Both the position numbers and the translations under genes were made by a program. From positions 16,241,610-16,283,409 of the forward strand of contig NC_057752.1 of NCBI RefSeq assembly GCF_004010195.1: a stretch of 41,800 bases of DNA. The letters run 5' to 3'. Of this stretch, positions 11,891 through 23,369 are shown in pieces. Position 1 is the first letter of the stretch; each line of letters starts with the position of its first letter. The notes below the pieces were generated by a model that was not told the DNA's origin, searched no databases, and saw nothing but the letters and a program-made list of their open reading frames with translations. The DNA is from Chiloscyllium plagiosum. Its lineage: Eukaryota.

Positions 11891-12390
11891 NNNNNNNNNN
11901 NNNNNNNNNNNNNNNNNNNNNNNNNNNNNNNNNNNNNNNNNNNNNNNNNNNNNNNNNNNNNNNNNNNNNNNNNNNNNNNNNNNNNNNNNNNNNNNNNNNN
12001 NNNNNNNNNNNNNNNNNNNNNNNNNNNNNNNNNNNNNNNNNNNNNNNNNNNNNNNNNNNNNNNNNNNNNNNNNNNNNNNNNNNNNNNNNNNNNNNNNNNN
12101 NNNNNNNNNNNNNNNNNNNNNNNNNNNNNNNNNNNNNNNNNNNNNNNNNNNNNNNNNNNNNNNNNNNNNNNNNNNNNNNNNNNNNNNNNNNNNNNNNNNN
12201 NNNNNNNNNNNNNNNNNNNNNNNNNNNNNNNNNNNNNNNNNNNNNNNNNNNNNNNNNNNNNNNNNNNNNNNNNNNNNNNNNNNNNNNNNNNNNNNNNNNN
12301 NNNNNNNNNNNNNNNNNNNNNNNNNNNNNNNNNNNNNNNNNNNNNNNNNNNNNNNNNNNNNNNNNNNNNNNNNNNNNNNNNNNNNNNNNN

Positions 12391-13090
12391 GGTAAGATTC
12401 TATGGATGAGCAGAGAGATCTTGGTGTCCAGGTACATAGATCCCTGAAAGTTGCCACCCAGGTTGATAGGGTTGTTAAGAAGACATATGGTATGTTAGTT
12501 TTTATTGGTAGAGGGATTGAGTTTCAGAGCCATGAGGTCATGCTGCAGCTGTACAAAAGTCTGGTGCGGCCACACTTTGAGTATTGCGTATAGTTTGGGT
12601 TGCTGCATTATAGGAAGGATGTGGAAGCTTTGGAAAGGGCTCAGAGGAGATTTACCAGGATCTTGCCTGGTATGGAGGGAAGGTCTTATGAGGAAAGGCT
12701 GAGGGAACTGAGGCTTTTATGTTAGATAGAAGAAGGTTGAGAGGTGACTTAATTGAGTCACATAATCAAAGGGTTAGATAGGGTGGACAGTGAGAGCCTT
12801 TTTTCTCAAATGATGATGGCTAGCACGAGGGGACATAGCTTTAAATTGACGGTGATAGATATAGGACAGATGTCGGAGGTAGTTTCTTTACTCAGAGAGT
12901 AGTAGAGGTGTAGAACACACTGCCTGCAACAGTAGTACTCTGCAACTTTAAGAACATTTAAATGGTCATTGGATAAACATATGGATGAAAATGAAACAGT
13001 GTACGATTAATGGGCATCAGATTGTTGCAACAACCTGTGGAATGATCGAGGGCCGAAGGGCCTGTACTGCGCTGTAAGGTTCTCTGTTCT
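12391..13090 (+). mobile_element. CR1 LINE 3' end
   Basis: EQRDLGVQVHRSLKVATQVDRVVKK...LYKSLVRPHFEYCV; same family as 35860-37895. Confidence 0.92.
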
Positions 13091-13124
13091 AAGTGAAAGA
13101 ACAGATTGGTCAGGCAGAACACCA

Positions 13125-13215
13125 TCTGCAGTGGCTGCAGTGGTAGCACCTCTTCCTGTGAGCCAAGAGGCCTGGGTTCAGTTATCACCTGCTCCAGAGG
13201 TTAGGCTGTCCAGGA
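13125..13215 (+). mobile_element. tRNA-derived SINE head in the LOX downstream/3'UTR region
   Basis: gtggctgcagtggtagcacc (A-box-like) and cctgggttca (B-box-like). Confidence 0.55.
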
Positions 13216-13395
13216 GCCGACCAGGAAAACAGAAATACAAGATGTGAAGCGTTGATTACAAAGCGGATTATGACAACTGTTTCCTCACGCGGATCTATTG
13301 CAAAGCAGCAAATGCATGAGTATTGTGGGATAATTTTGAAGCACAAATCTGTGGCTCTGCAGGAGGCAGGGATTGGCAAATGGTGCATCGAGATG

Positions 13396-13575
13396 TTATA
13401 TTGCGACACTGTTTTCGATGAGGTTGGGTTGCAGATATTCATATTTCAGCTCAAGACCCTGGTTCCTCTTCTTGATCTCGTGGGTGATTTGCAGCAAATC
13501 CTGCTGGAACTTTTCAATGCAGGCTTTTGGAGCAGCCTCAGTAAATCGCTCCTCAACGTACATCCCAAGCTTTGT
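13396..13575 (-). CDS. Lipoxygenase last coding exon, 180 bp including stop
   Basis: tttgtttttcag|ACA AAG...ATA TAA. Translates TKLGMYVEERFTEAAPKACIEKFQQDLLQITHEIKKRNQGLELKYEYLQPNLIENSVAI*. The C-terminal Ile supplies an iron ligand in LOXs. Confidence 0.96.
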   Translation of the reverse strand, partial: TKLGMYVEERFTEAAPKACIEKFQQDLLQITHEIKKRNQGLELKYEYLQPNLIENSVAI

Positions 13576-13805
13576 CTGAAAAACAAAGCAAACTCGTTGA
13601 CCCCAGGAAGGAGAAAATGTGGATTGAACTGGAGTTGGCCCCAAACTGAGTGAAGATGAAAGTTCTCATGGCCCAGCGTTAAACAGGTTAGTGAGTTGCT
13701 GCTGCTTCCTGCAGGACCCTCCATCATCTACAAGGGACACTGTTTCCTTTCAGTGTTAGTTTAAATGGGTGTTGCACACAGAGATTGATGGTGATCGTGG
13801 ATCCC

Positions 13806-16800
13806 ACACAGCCCCCTCCCCCACCTCCCCCACACAGCCCCCTCCCCCACCACCTCCCCCACCTCCCCCACCTCCCCCGCACAGCCCCCTCCCCCACCAC
13901 CTCCCCCACCTCCCCCACCTCCCCCGCACAGCCCCCTCCCCCACCACCTCCCCCACCTCCCCCACCTCCCCCGCACAGCCCCCTCCCCCACCACCTCCCC
14001 CACCTCCCCCACCTCCCCCGCACAGCCCCCTCCCCCACCACCTCCCCCACCTCCCCCACCTCCCCCGCACAGCCCCCTCCCCCACCACCTCCCCCACCTC
14101 CCCCACCTCCCCCGCACAGCCCCCTCCCCCACCACCTCCCCCACCTCCCCCACCTCCCCCGCACAGCCCCCTCCCCCACCACCTCCCCCACCTCCCCCAC
14201 CTCCCCCGCACAGCCCCCTCCCCCACCACCTCCCCCACCTCCCCCACCTCCCCCGCACAGCCCCCTCCCCCACCACCTCCCCCACCTCCCCCACCTCCCC
14301 CGCACAGCCCCCTCCCCCACCACCTCCCCCACCTCCCCCACCTCCCCCGCACAGCCCCCTCCCCCACCACCTCCCCCACCTCCCCCACCTCCCCCGCACA
14401 GCCCCCTCCCCCACCACCTCCCCCACCTCCCCCACCTCCCCCGCACAGCCCCCTCCCCCACCACCTCCCCCACCTCCCCCACCTCCCCCGCACAGCCCCC
14501 TCCCCCACCACCTCCCCCACCTCCCCCACCTCCCCCGCACAGCCCCCTCCCCCACCACCTCCCCCACCTCCCCCACCTCCCCCGCACAGCCCCCTCCCCC
14601 ACCACCTCCCCCACCTCCCCCACCTCCCCCGCACAGCCCCCTCCCCCACCACCTCCCCCACCTCCCCCACCTCCCCCGCACAGCCCCCTCCCCCACCACC
14701 TCCCCCACCTCCCCCACCTCCCCCGCACAGCCCCCTCCCCCACCACCTCCCCCACCTCCCCCACCTCCCCCGCACAGCCCCCTCCCCCACCACCTCCCCC
14801 ACCTCCCCCACCTCCCCCGCACAGCCCCCTCCCCCACCACCTCCCCCACCTCCCCCACCTCCCCCGCACAGCCCCCTCCCCCACCACCTCCCCCACCTCC
14901 CCCACCTCCCCCGCACAGCCCCCTCCCCCACCACCTCCCCCACCTCCCCCACCTCCCCCGCACAGCCCCCTCCCCCACCACCTCCCCCACCTCCCCCACC
15001 TCCCCCGCACAGCCCCCTCCCCCACCACCTCCCCCACCTCCCCCACCTCCCCCGCACAGCCCCCTCCCCCACCACCTCCCCCACCTCCCCCACCTCCCCC
15101 GCACAGCCCCCTCCCCCACCACCTCCCCCACCTCCCCCACCTCCCCCGCACAGCCCCCTCCCCCACCACCTCCCCCACCTCCCCCACCTCCCCCGCACAG
15201 CCCCCTCCCCCACCACCTCCCCCACCTCCCCCACCTCCCCCGCACAGCCCCCTCCCCCACCACCTCCCCCACCTCCCCCACCTCCCCCGCACAGCCCCCT
15301 CCCCCACCACCTCCCCCACCTCCCCCACCTCCCCCGCACAGCCCCCTCCCCCACCACCTCCCCCACCTCCCCCACCTCCCCCGCACAGCCCCCTCCCCCA
15401 CCACCTCCCCCACCTCCCCCACCTCCCCCGCACAGCCCCCTCCCCCACCACCTCCCCCACCTCCCCCACCTCCCCCGCACAGCCCCCTCCCCCACCACCT
15501 CCCCCACCTCCCCCACCTCCCCCGCACAGCCCCCTCCCCCACCACCTCCCCCACCTCCCCCACCTCCCCCGCACAGCCCCCTCCCCCACCACCTCCCCCA
15601 CCTCCCCCACCTCCCCCGCACAGCCCCCTCCCCCACCACCTCCCCCACCTCCCCCACCTCCCCCGCACAGCCCCCTCCCCCACCACCTCCCCCACCTCCC
15701 CCACCTCCCCCGCACAGCCCCCTCCCCCACCACCTCCCCCACCTCCCCCACCTCCCCCGCACAGCCCCCTCCCCCACCACCTCCCCCACCTCCCCCACCT
15801 CCCCCGCACAGCCCCCTCCCCCACCACCTCCCCCACCTCCCCCACCTCCCCCGCACAGCCCCCTCCCCCACCACCTCCCCCACCTCCCCCACCTCCCCCG
15901 CACAGCCCCCTCCCCCACCACCTCCCCCACCTCCCCCACCTCCCCCGCACAGCCCCCTCCCCCACCACCTCCCCCACCTCCCCCACCTCCCCCGCACAGC
16001 CCCCTCCCCCACCACCTCCCCCACCTCCCCCACCTCCCCCGCACAGCCCCCTCCCCCACCACCTCCCCCACCTCCCCCACCTCCCCCGCACAGCCCCCTC
16101 CCCCACCACCTCCCCCACCTCCCCCACCTCCCCCGCACAGCCCCCTCCCCCACCACCTCCCCCACCTCCCCCACCTCCCCCGCACAGCCCCCTCCCCCAC
16201 CACCTCCCCCACCTCCCCCACCTCCCCCGCACAGCCCCCTCCCCCACCACCTCCCCCACCTCCCCCACCTCCCCCGCACAGCCCCCTCCCCCACCACCTC
16301 CCCCACCTCCCCCACCTCCCCCGCACAGCCCCCTCCCCCACCACCTCCCCCACCTCCCCCACCTCCCCCGCACAGCCCCCTCCCCCACCACCTCCCCCAC
16401 CTCCCCCACCTCCCCCGCACAGCCCCCTCCCCCACCACCTCCCCCACCTCCCCCACCTCCCCCGCACAGCCCCCTCCCCCACCACCTCCCCCACCTCCCC
16501 CACCTCCCCCGCACAGCCCCCTCCCCCACCACCTCCCCCACCTCCCCCACCTCCCCCGCACAGCCCCCTCCCCCACCACCTCCCCCACCTCCCCCACCTC
16601 CCCCGCACAGCCCCCTCCCCCACCACCTCCCCCACCTCCCCCACCTCCCCCGCACAGCCCCCTCCCCCACCACCTCCCCCACCTCCCCCACCTCCCCCGC
16701 ACAGCCCCCTCCCCCACCACCTCCCCCACCTCCCCCACCTCCCCCGCACAGCCCCCTCCCCCACCACCTCCCCCACCTCCCCCACCTCCCCCGCACAGCC

Positions 16801-17601
16801 CCCTCCCCCACCACCTCCCCCACCTCCCCCACCTCCCCCGCACAGCCCCCTCCCCCACCACCTCCCCCACCTCCCCCACCTCCCCCGCACAGCCCCCTCC
16901 CCCACCACCTCCCCCACCTCCCCCACCTCCCCCGCACAGCCCCCTCCCCCACCACCTCCCCCACCTCCCCCACCTCCCCCGCACAGCCCCCTCCCCCACC
17001 ACCTCCCCCACCTCCCCCACCTCCCCCGCACAGCCCCCTCCCCCACCACCTCCCCCACCTCCCCCACCTCCCCCGCACAGCCCCCTCCCCCACCACCTCC
17101 CCCACCTCCCCCACCTCCCCCGCACAGCCCCCTCCCCCACCACCTCCCCCACCTCCCCCACCTCCCCCGCACAGCCCCCTCCCCCACCACCTCCCCCACC
17201 TCCCCCACCTCCCCCGCACAGCCCCCTCCCCCACCACCTCCCCCACCTCCCCCACCTCCCCCGCACAGCCCCCTCCCCCACCACCTCCCCCACCTCCCCC
17301 ACCTCCCCCGCACAGCCCCCTCCCCCACCACCTCCCCCACCTCCCCCACCTCCCCCGCACAGCCCCCTCCCCCACCACCTCCCCCACCTCCCCCACCTCC
17401 CCCGCACAGCCCCCTCCCCCACCACCTCCCCCACCTCCCCCACCTCCCCCGCACAGCCCCCTCCCCCACCACCTCCCCCACCTCCCCCACCTCCCCCGCA
17501 CAGCCCCCTCCCCCACCACCTCCCCCACCTCCCCCACCTCCCCCGCACAGCCCCCTCCCCCACCACCTCCCCCACCTCCCCCACCTCCCCCGCACAGCCC
17601 C
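13806..17601. repeat. Near-perfect 47 bp C-rich minisatellite, about 80 copies, in the last LOX intron
   Basis: Unit GCACAGCCCCCTCCCCCACCACCTCCCCCACCTCCCCCACCTCCCCC. The 47-aa period in the overlapping ORFs equals 3x47 nt. Confidence 0.98.
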
Positions 17602-17604
17602 CTC

Positions 17605-17850
17605 CCTCCGACAGTGCGGCGCTCCCTCAGCACTGACCCTCCGACAGTGCGGCACTCCCTCAGCACTGACCCTCCGACAGTGCGGCACTCCCTCAGCACT
17701 GACTGTCCGACAGTGCCTGCTCCCTCAGCACTGACCCTCCGACAGTGCGGCACTCCATTGCCGGAGGGTGTGTCTTGTGTAGTTTGTGCTCGCACTTTGC
17801 AGCTGGACCTGAACCCTCAAGACTCAGCCAAGAGAGATCTACAAACCACA
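17605..17850 (-). mobile_element. DeuSINE (SacSINE1/AmnSINE-like) remnant with internal ~34 bp tandem amplification
   Basis: Four to five copies of ccctccgacagtgcggcactccctcagcactga, followed by tttgtgctc...ggacctgaaccctcaagactcag, resembling the reverse complement of the DeuSINE 5' part as recalled. Confidence 0.55.
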
Positions 17851-17894
17851 TGAATGTTGATCGCGGGTGAAGAGGATTTCCATCTCGTACTTAC

Positions 17895-18065
17895 TGAAAT
17901 GGGCGATGTTTTGCTGAGCAAATAAATTGTTGCCACCACTATGGCTGTCTCTTTCTTGCCTGGCAACGTCCGCATGATATCCAGTTTACCAACTTTCTCC
18001 TTCTGACTGGGCGGTGGTTTCTGCATGGTCGAAGGATTGTTTGGCATCCACGATCCCCAGTCATA
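17895..18065 (-). CDS. Lipoxygenase penultimate exon, 171 bp
   Basis: tcttgcccag|TAT...TCA|gtaagt. Translates YDWGSWMPNNPSTMQKPPPSQKEKVGKLDIMRTLPGKKETAIVVATIYLLSKTSPIS (WMPN.P.TM..PPP motif). Confidence 0.95.
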
Positions 18066-18669
18066 CTGGGCAAGACGTCAAGAATAAAAAGGCATGGTTA
18101 CTGATGTTCTAATCTACACAAGGGTTACTGTGGTAACAGTTACAAGACAGCACCTGAGCACTTGCCTAAACATCTCAGTCAGCACCATCCCACAGATGGT
18201 GTTGCCTGAAGGTTAAAAAAACAGTTTCAGCTCCAGTCTCTTTTCATGGTTACGGGCAAAAGGAAGGAGGTCGGGGGCTGGGGGAGAGCATGGTGCTCCG
18301 ACGGGGGGAGATCGCCACCTGCACAATGGACCAAATCTTCTCCAATTGTGGTGGAAACATGACCCTGTGTCAGTCAGAAGGTACTGGTGAGAGAGTCAGA
18401 ATGAAGCCTCTCCTGGCTGCGTCCCTGAGTTTACCCCAGGGACGGCTGCTCTAGTTTCAGTCCGACCCTGCCTATACCAACCCACCTGTCCCCAGAAACA
18501 TCCTGCCCCTGCTCTGAGGATTGCAGGTGAAGAACCAGGAAGGTACAACAGTCTTTAAAAAACAGCTGGATCAGGGGGTTCGCTGCAGAAACCACTGAGG
18601 AAGATCAGGTTTTGGAATCCTGTTGTTTGCACAGAGCCAAATTATTGCAGAAAATTCCTTAATTAAGAC

Positions 18670-19350
18670 ACAGGAGTAGAAGTAGGCCATTCGGTCCATC
18701 GAGTCTGCCCTGATCATCCTCAACTCCACACTCCTGCCTGGATTATAGAATGCCTACAGTGTAGAAAGAGGCCATTCGGTTCATTGAGTCTGCACTGACC
18801 CTCCAAACAGCAACCCACCCCCACCAACTACCCTAACCTATCCCAGTAACCCCACAATTACTGTGGCCAATCCACCCTAACCTGCACACCTTTGGACTGT
18901 GGGAGGAAATTGGAACAGCCGGAGGAAACCCACACAGACACAGGGGAGGACGTATAAACTTCACACAGACCTGAAGATGGAATTGAACTCAGGTTTCTGG
19001 TGTTGTGAGGCAGCACTGCTAACCACTGAGCCACCATGTTACCTTTCCCAGATAGCCCTCAATTCCACCCCTTACTGATTAAAAATCTGTCTCTTAACCT
19101 GGAATATACTCAGTGACCCAGCCTCGACAGCCATCTGCAGTCAAGAATTCCACAGCTTCACTTCCCTCCTGAGAGAAGAAATTCCTCCTCATCTCTGTCT
19201 TCAACAGGTGACCCCCTTATTCTGAGATGATACACTCTGATGCTCGACTTTCCCACAAGGGGAAACAACATTTCTACATCTTCCCCGTCAAGCCTTCTTG
19301 TAAGTTTCAATAAGGTCACCTCTCATTTTTCCAAACTCCATGAGTATAGA
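18670..19350 (-). mobile_element. LINE (CR1/L2-type) 3' fragment interrupted by an HE1-like SINE (~18741-19040)
   Basis: LINE-like tail ggagtagaagtaggccattcgg...; nested SINE with gctaaccactgagccaccatg head on the minus strand. Confidence 0.75.
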
Positions 19351-19375
19351 CCAATTCAGATCAAGAAGTATTTCT

Positions 19376-20385
19376 GTTGTGGTTCTGTTCGCCGAGCTGG
19401 AAGTTTTTGTTGCAAACGTTTCGTCCCCTGGCTAGGCGACATCATCAGTGCTTGGGAGCCTCCTGCGAAGCGCTTCTTTGATGTTTCCTCCGGTGTTTAT
19501 AGTGGTCTGTCTGGATTATAGAATGCCTACAGTGTAGAAAGAGGCCATTCGGTTCATTGAGTCTGCACTGACCCTCCAAACAGCAATGTGGTATTTTGTA
19601 CACTACATTCGTCTTGCTCATGTTGGGTATCGGGTCCTTCGTTCTGGTGAGTTGTTGTCTGAGCGTGGCTGTTGGTTTGTGTGCCGTTATGAGTCCTAGG
19701 GGTCGCAGTAGTCTGGCTGTCAGTTCTGAGATGCTCCTGATGTATGGTAGTGTGGCTAGTCCTTTTGGTTGTGGTATGTCCTCGTTCCGTGGTCTTTCTC
19801 TTGGGCATCTGTTGATGAAGTTGCGCGGGTATCCGTTTTTGGCGAATACCTTGTATAGGTGTTCCTCTTCTTCTTTTTGCAAAACTAATGTAGTGTACAA
19901 AATACCATGCAAGGACTGCACAAAACATTATATTGGACAAACAGGAAGACAGCTAACAATCCGCATACGTGAACATCAACTAGCTACGAAACGACACGAC
20001 CAGCTATCCTTAGTAGCCACACACGCAGACAACAAGCAACATGAATTCGACTGGGACAACACTACTATCATAGGGCAAGCCAGACAGAGAACAGCCAGGG
20101 AATTCCTAGAGGCATGGCATTCATCCACAAACTCCATCAACAAACACTTCGACCTGGACCCAATATACCAACCACTACAGCGGACAGCTGAAACTGACAA
20201 CCGGAAGCGGCAGGGACAGACCACTATAAACACCGGAGGAAACATCAAAGAAGCGCTTCGCAGGAGGCTCCCAAGCACTGATGATGTCGCCTAGCCAGGG
20301 GACAAAACGTTTGCAACAAAAACTTCCAGCTCGGCGAACAGAACCACAGCAACGAGCACCCGAGCTACATATCTTCACACAAACT
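19376..20385. mobile_element. Penelope-like element (Poseidon-like, family C), head-to-head inverted structure, 13 bp TSD
   Basis: Plus arm encodes GIY-YIG KTNVVYKIPCKDCTKHYIGQTGRQLTIRIREHQ...EFLEAWHS. Minus arm encodes RT C-terminus/linker NGYPRNFINR...TLPYIRSISE. Terminal repeats are inverted. TSD AAGAAGTATTTCT at 19363-19375 and 20386-20398. Confidence 0.93.
19412..19451 (-). ncRNA. Minimal hammerhead ribozyme motif, intact core (family C)
   Basis: GCA-CUGAUGA-U-GUCgCCU(AGCC)AGGgGAC-GAAA-CG-UU-UGC. Stem I GCA/UGC, GUU triplet. The plus-strand partner at 20275-20314 has GAAA->AAAA. Confidence 0.78.
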
Positions 20386-20410
20386 AAGAAGTATTTCTAT
20401 CTGTTGAGCA

Positions 20411-20587
20411 CAGAGGAACCTCAATTATCTGACATTCGATTATCAGAATTTTGGATTATCCGAACAAGATTGCAAGGTCCTGATGCTTGACTAAACTGTG
20501 TTATCCGGCACTTGATTATCCGAACGTTTGATTATCTGAACAAAATACTCCCCCACCCATGTCGTTTGGATAATCGAGGTTCCTCTG
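20411..20587. mobile_element. MITE / non-autonomous DNA transposon (Tc1-mariner/pogo-Tigger-like)
   Basis: TIRs CAGAGGAACCTC(A/G)ATTATC ... GATAATCGAGGTTCCTCTG. Right flank TA, left flank CA. Internal subterminal GATTATC repeats. Confidence 0.8.
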
Positions 20588-20614
20588 TATATCCAGGTAT
20601 TTTGGTTTATTTAC

Positions 20615-20715
20615 CTGTCCAGTATTTACTGCAGCATGCCTCCCAGAGCAGGTGAATATTACCATGGTGAGATACTTGGTGAGGTCTGCTTTTGTACGGA
20701 ATACTGTTGGGAATC
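20615..20715 (-). CDS. Lipoxygenase exon (3rd from last), 101 bp, carrying iron-ligand His/Asn
   Basis: (ct)n ccag|GA TTC...GGA CAG|gtaaat. Translates (G)FPTVFRTKADLTKYLTMVIFTCSGRHAAVNTGQ, containing the LOX iron-binding signature HAAVN. Confidence 0.96.
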
Positions 20716-21359
20716 CTGGAGAGAGAGAGAGATTGTTAGATTAACCCCGGATATGAATGCAGGAGGGGCCCTTTTCTGAATACATTGAAACTTCTCACAT
20801 AATCCATTCAATTGCCCAGAGATTGTGATTCTATATAGGGGCGGAGAGTGTGCTGTATTCACTGTACTGTGGGCGTCTCTTGTAGGTATCAGAAAGGAGG
20901 AATCTGAATAAGGGTTAGTCAGCTTGCCTAATGTGATTGCCCTCTCTTCATACAAGAGAACAAAGCTGCTGCTGAGAGATTGAACAGAACCATCTTCATT
21001 CTCTGCTTTCCAAATCATGCATAAGATGGGGATGGGCTTAGATTAGTTCACAGGTCAGCGCAACATTGAGGGCCGAAGGGCCTGTCCTGTACTGTATTGC
21101 TCTATGTTTTATGTTCTAAGGTGGTGTGAATTGGCTTTGGGAAAGCTTAAAGTTTATTTCTGAAGTCCATCAAATCTGAACTTGAATTAATTGTGTCGTT
21201 GCCTTCCTAAAATTTCCTCACTAAAATAATTTAAGACTTTCTGCCACTTCCTTGGTCTCTCCCCACAGCTGAAATCCAGGAACAGGCCAGGATTTCTGGT
21301 CTGCTACTCTGCACTAGTTTGAAGTACTCTATACAGTCCCTTTAGAATCCATGAGACAG

Positions 21360-21560
21360 TAAGATTCTCCACCACCACTAAGAAAATAACAGCATTCCTT
21401 CAGTGTTGTCGGGTCAGAATCCTGAGATTCCCTCCCTAAAGGGCATTGTGGGTCTACCTTACAGCACATGGACTGCAGCAGGTCAAGAAGGCAGCTCACC
21501 CCCCACCTTCTCACGGGGGGAAATAGGGATGGGCATTAGGTGCAGTGATGCCCATACCCC
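21360..21560 (+). mobile_element. LINE 3' tail fragment
   Basis: ggactgcagcaggtcaagaaggcagctcacccccaccttctc...tagggatgggca; a related tail lies at ~30660-30830. Confidence 0.6.
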
Positions 21561-21779
21561 CCCCCCCAAAAGAGTTTTTTAAAAGTCCCTCCCACCCTTC
21601 TCGTGTTATAGTTAGTTTGTGTAACATCTTTTCCCAGCGTAACATCACCCTCCATTGAATGTTGGGACTTCAAAACCACTGGGAAATCTGCACAAACTCT
21701 TCAAGTCACATGGAGTTAACTTTGATTAAGCTGAAAGCTCCTGGCTAATAACACTGTCCAAAACTGGTTCAGTTACATA

Positions 21780-22380
21780 CATTACAGAGTGTACTGACAG
21801 CATGGTATTCTTCAGTTACACAGGACACTGGTAAGACCACGTCTTCCAATGCTGGGTAGAGTTTGGTCTCCTTATTGTCGGGAGGAGATTAATGTATTGG
21901 AGAGGGACTGGACTGAGTGGGTTGTCTGATGAGGAGTGGTTGGAAAGATGGGGTTTGCTTCCCCTGGAGTTTAGGGAGTAAGGGGGGGTGGGGAGGGGGG
22001 GGGGGGGGACTGGATTGATGTGTACGATCCTGAACAATCTTGGCCAGGTGTCCATTGGAGAGATGTTTCCTCTTGTGGGTCGGTTCAGCCATTGGGAAGG
22101 AGACAGTTTTAAAATCAGGGGTCTCCATTTTCGGTCAGAGAGGAGGGGAACTTGTTTCTCTCTGAGGGTTGGATCTCTCTGCTTCAGACAGTACTGGGGG
22201 TGGGAGCAGTCACTCAATATTTTAAGTTGGAGGTAGGTTGATTCCGATTAGGTGGGGAATCAAGGTTAATCGGGGGTGGGGGCAAGAGGGCATATGGGAC
22301 TTAGGACACACAAACAGCGCAGGCATGATCTTACTGAGCATGCATGAGGGGCTGAATGTCCTCCTGCTTCTCCTGATTGG
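21780..22380 (+). mobile_element. Degenerate CR1/L2-type LINE 3' region
   Basis: agttacacaggacactggtaagaccacgtcttccaatgctgg (LY..LVRP.L-like), followed by typical 3' sequence. Confidence 0.6.
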
Positions 22381-22475
22381 CCTGTCCAGAGACAGCAGAT
22401 TGTGAGTGAGGTTTGCTGACTGATTATGGCGAAACCATGATTGTTTGGAAAACCAGCCGATATAAGAAATCAAAC

Positions 22476-22597
22476 CTGATGACTGTCTGGCCAAGAATCC
22501 TTCAGTAAAGATTTCCATTGCCCACTCTTGGATTTCAGAATCTTCCTGAACAGAGCCATCATCCTGGTAGTAGACATTAACGATGCTGTCCACAAAC
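22476..22597 (-). CDS. Lipoxygenase exon (4th from last), 122 bp
   Basis: ctcttttaaag|G TTT GTG...TCA TCA G|gtttga. Translates FVDSIVNVYYQDDGSVQEDSEIQEWAMEIFTEGFLARQSSG. Phase 2 in and phase 1 out match the neighbouring exons. Confidence 0.95.
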
Positions 22598-22617
22598 CTT
22601 TAAAAGAGAATGAGAAT

Positions 22618-23073
22618 TAGCAAGTTTGGAGAAGGTTTGTAGCTCAGGTTGAGGTTCTGGGTGTACATTTGCTCACTGAGCTGGAAGGTTCATTTTCAGA
22701 TGTTTCGTCACCATACTAGGTAACATCTTCAGTGAGCCTGTGGATGAAGCATTGGTAGTAGGTCCCCTTCCTATTATGCTTTGGTTTCATTGGGTTGGTG
22801 AATTCCTAGAAGCATGGCATTCCAACCGGAACTCTATCAACAAACACATTGACTTGGATCCCATTTACTACCCCCAGAGAAAAAGAACAGGAAATAATAT
22901 AACCGTAGGAAATGATGTCACTAGAGGAAATGAAATCACCAACTCAAGAAAACCGAAACACATAAATAGAAAGCGGGCCATACCACCAGTGCTTCATCCG
23001 GAGGCTCACGAATGATGTTACCGCATATGGTGACGAAACATCTGAAAACATCTCTGCGAGCAAACCTACATCC
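22618..23073. mobile_element. Short Penelope-like element (family D), inverted terminal repeats, ~13 bp TSD
   Basis: Encodes EFLEAWHSNRNSINKHIDLDPIYYP, the same endonuclease C-terminus as family C. TSD AGAGAATG(A/C)GAAT at 22605-22617 and 23074-23086. Confidence 0.85.
22696..22735 (-). ncRNA. Minimal hammerhead ribozyme motif, intact core (family D)
   Basis: UCA-CUGAAGA-U-GUUACC(UAGUAU)GGUGAC-GAAA-CA-UC-UGA. 6 bp stem II, stem I UCA/UGA. The partner at 23006-23045 (+) is degenerate (CGAAUGA). Confidence 0.72.
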
Positions 23074-23369
23074 AGAGAATGCGAATCTATGTTCAAGGTG
23101 AAGATTTATTGTTGGAGAGTGAAGATATGATCACGAATCAGTTTCACAATATAACAACATCATTACACACAATAGGAACTGCAAGGAAGATGGCTGGTAA
23201 GTGGAGCACTAGCACAGATGACAATAGATTTGATTGAAATCTTCAAGATTTCCGAAGTCAGGACAACAATTGCCATCGATTGAAGAATTGCCAGAGTTAA
23301 AGGAATAAACAGCTCAGAACAGATTACTAAACCTTTTTAAAAAAAACTTAAAACTAAAATGTAATCTTT

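Noticed and set aside
13724..17795. Five ORFs of ~1300 aa (Gly/Arg/Trp-rich or Pro-rich, extensin-like)
   Set aside because: They arise from a stop-free 47 bp tandem repeat that is open on both strands and lies inside a LOX intron.
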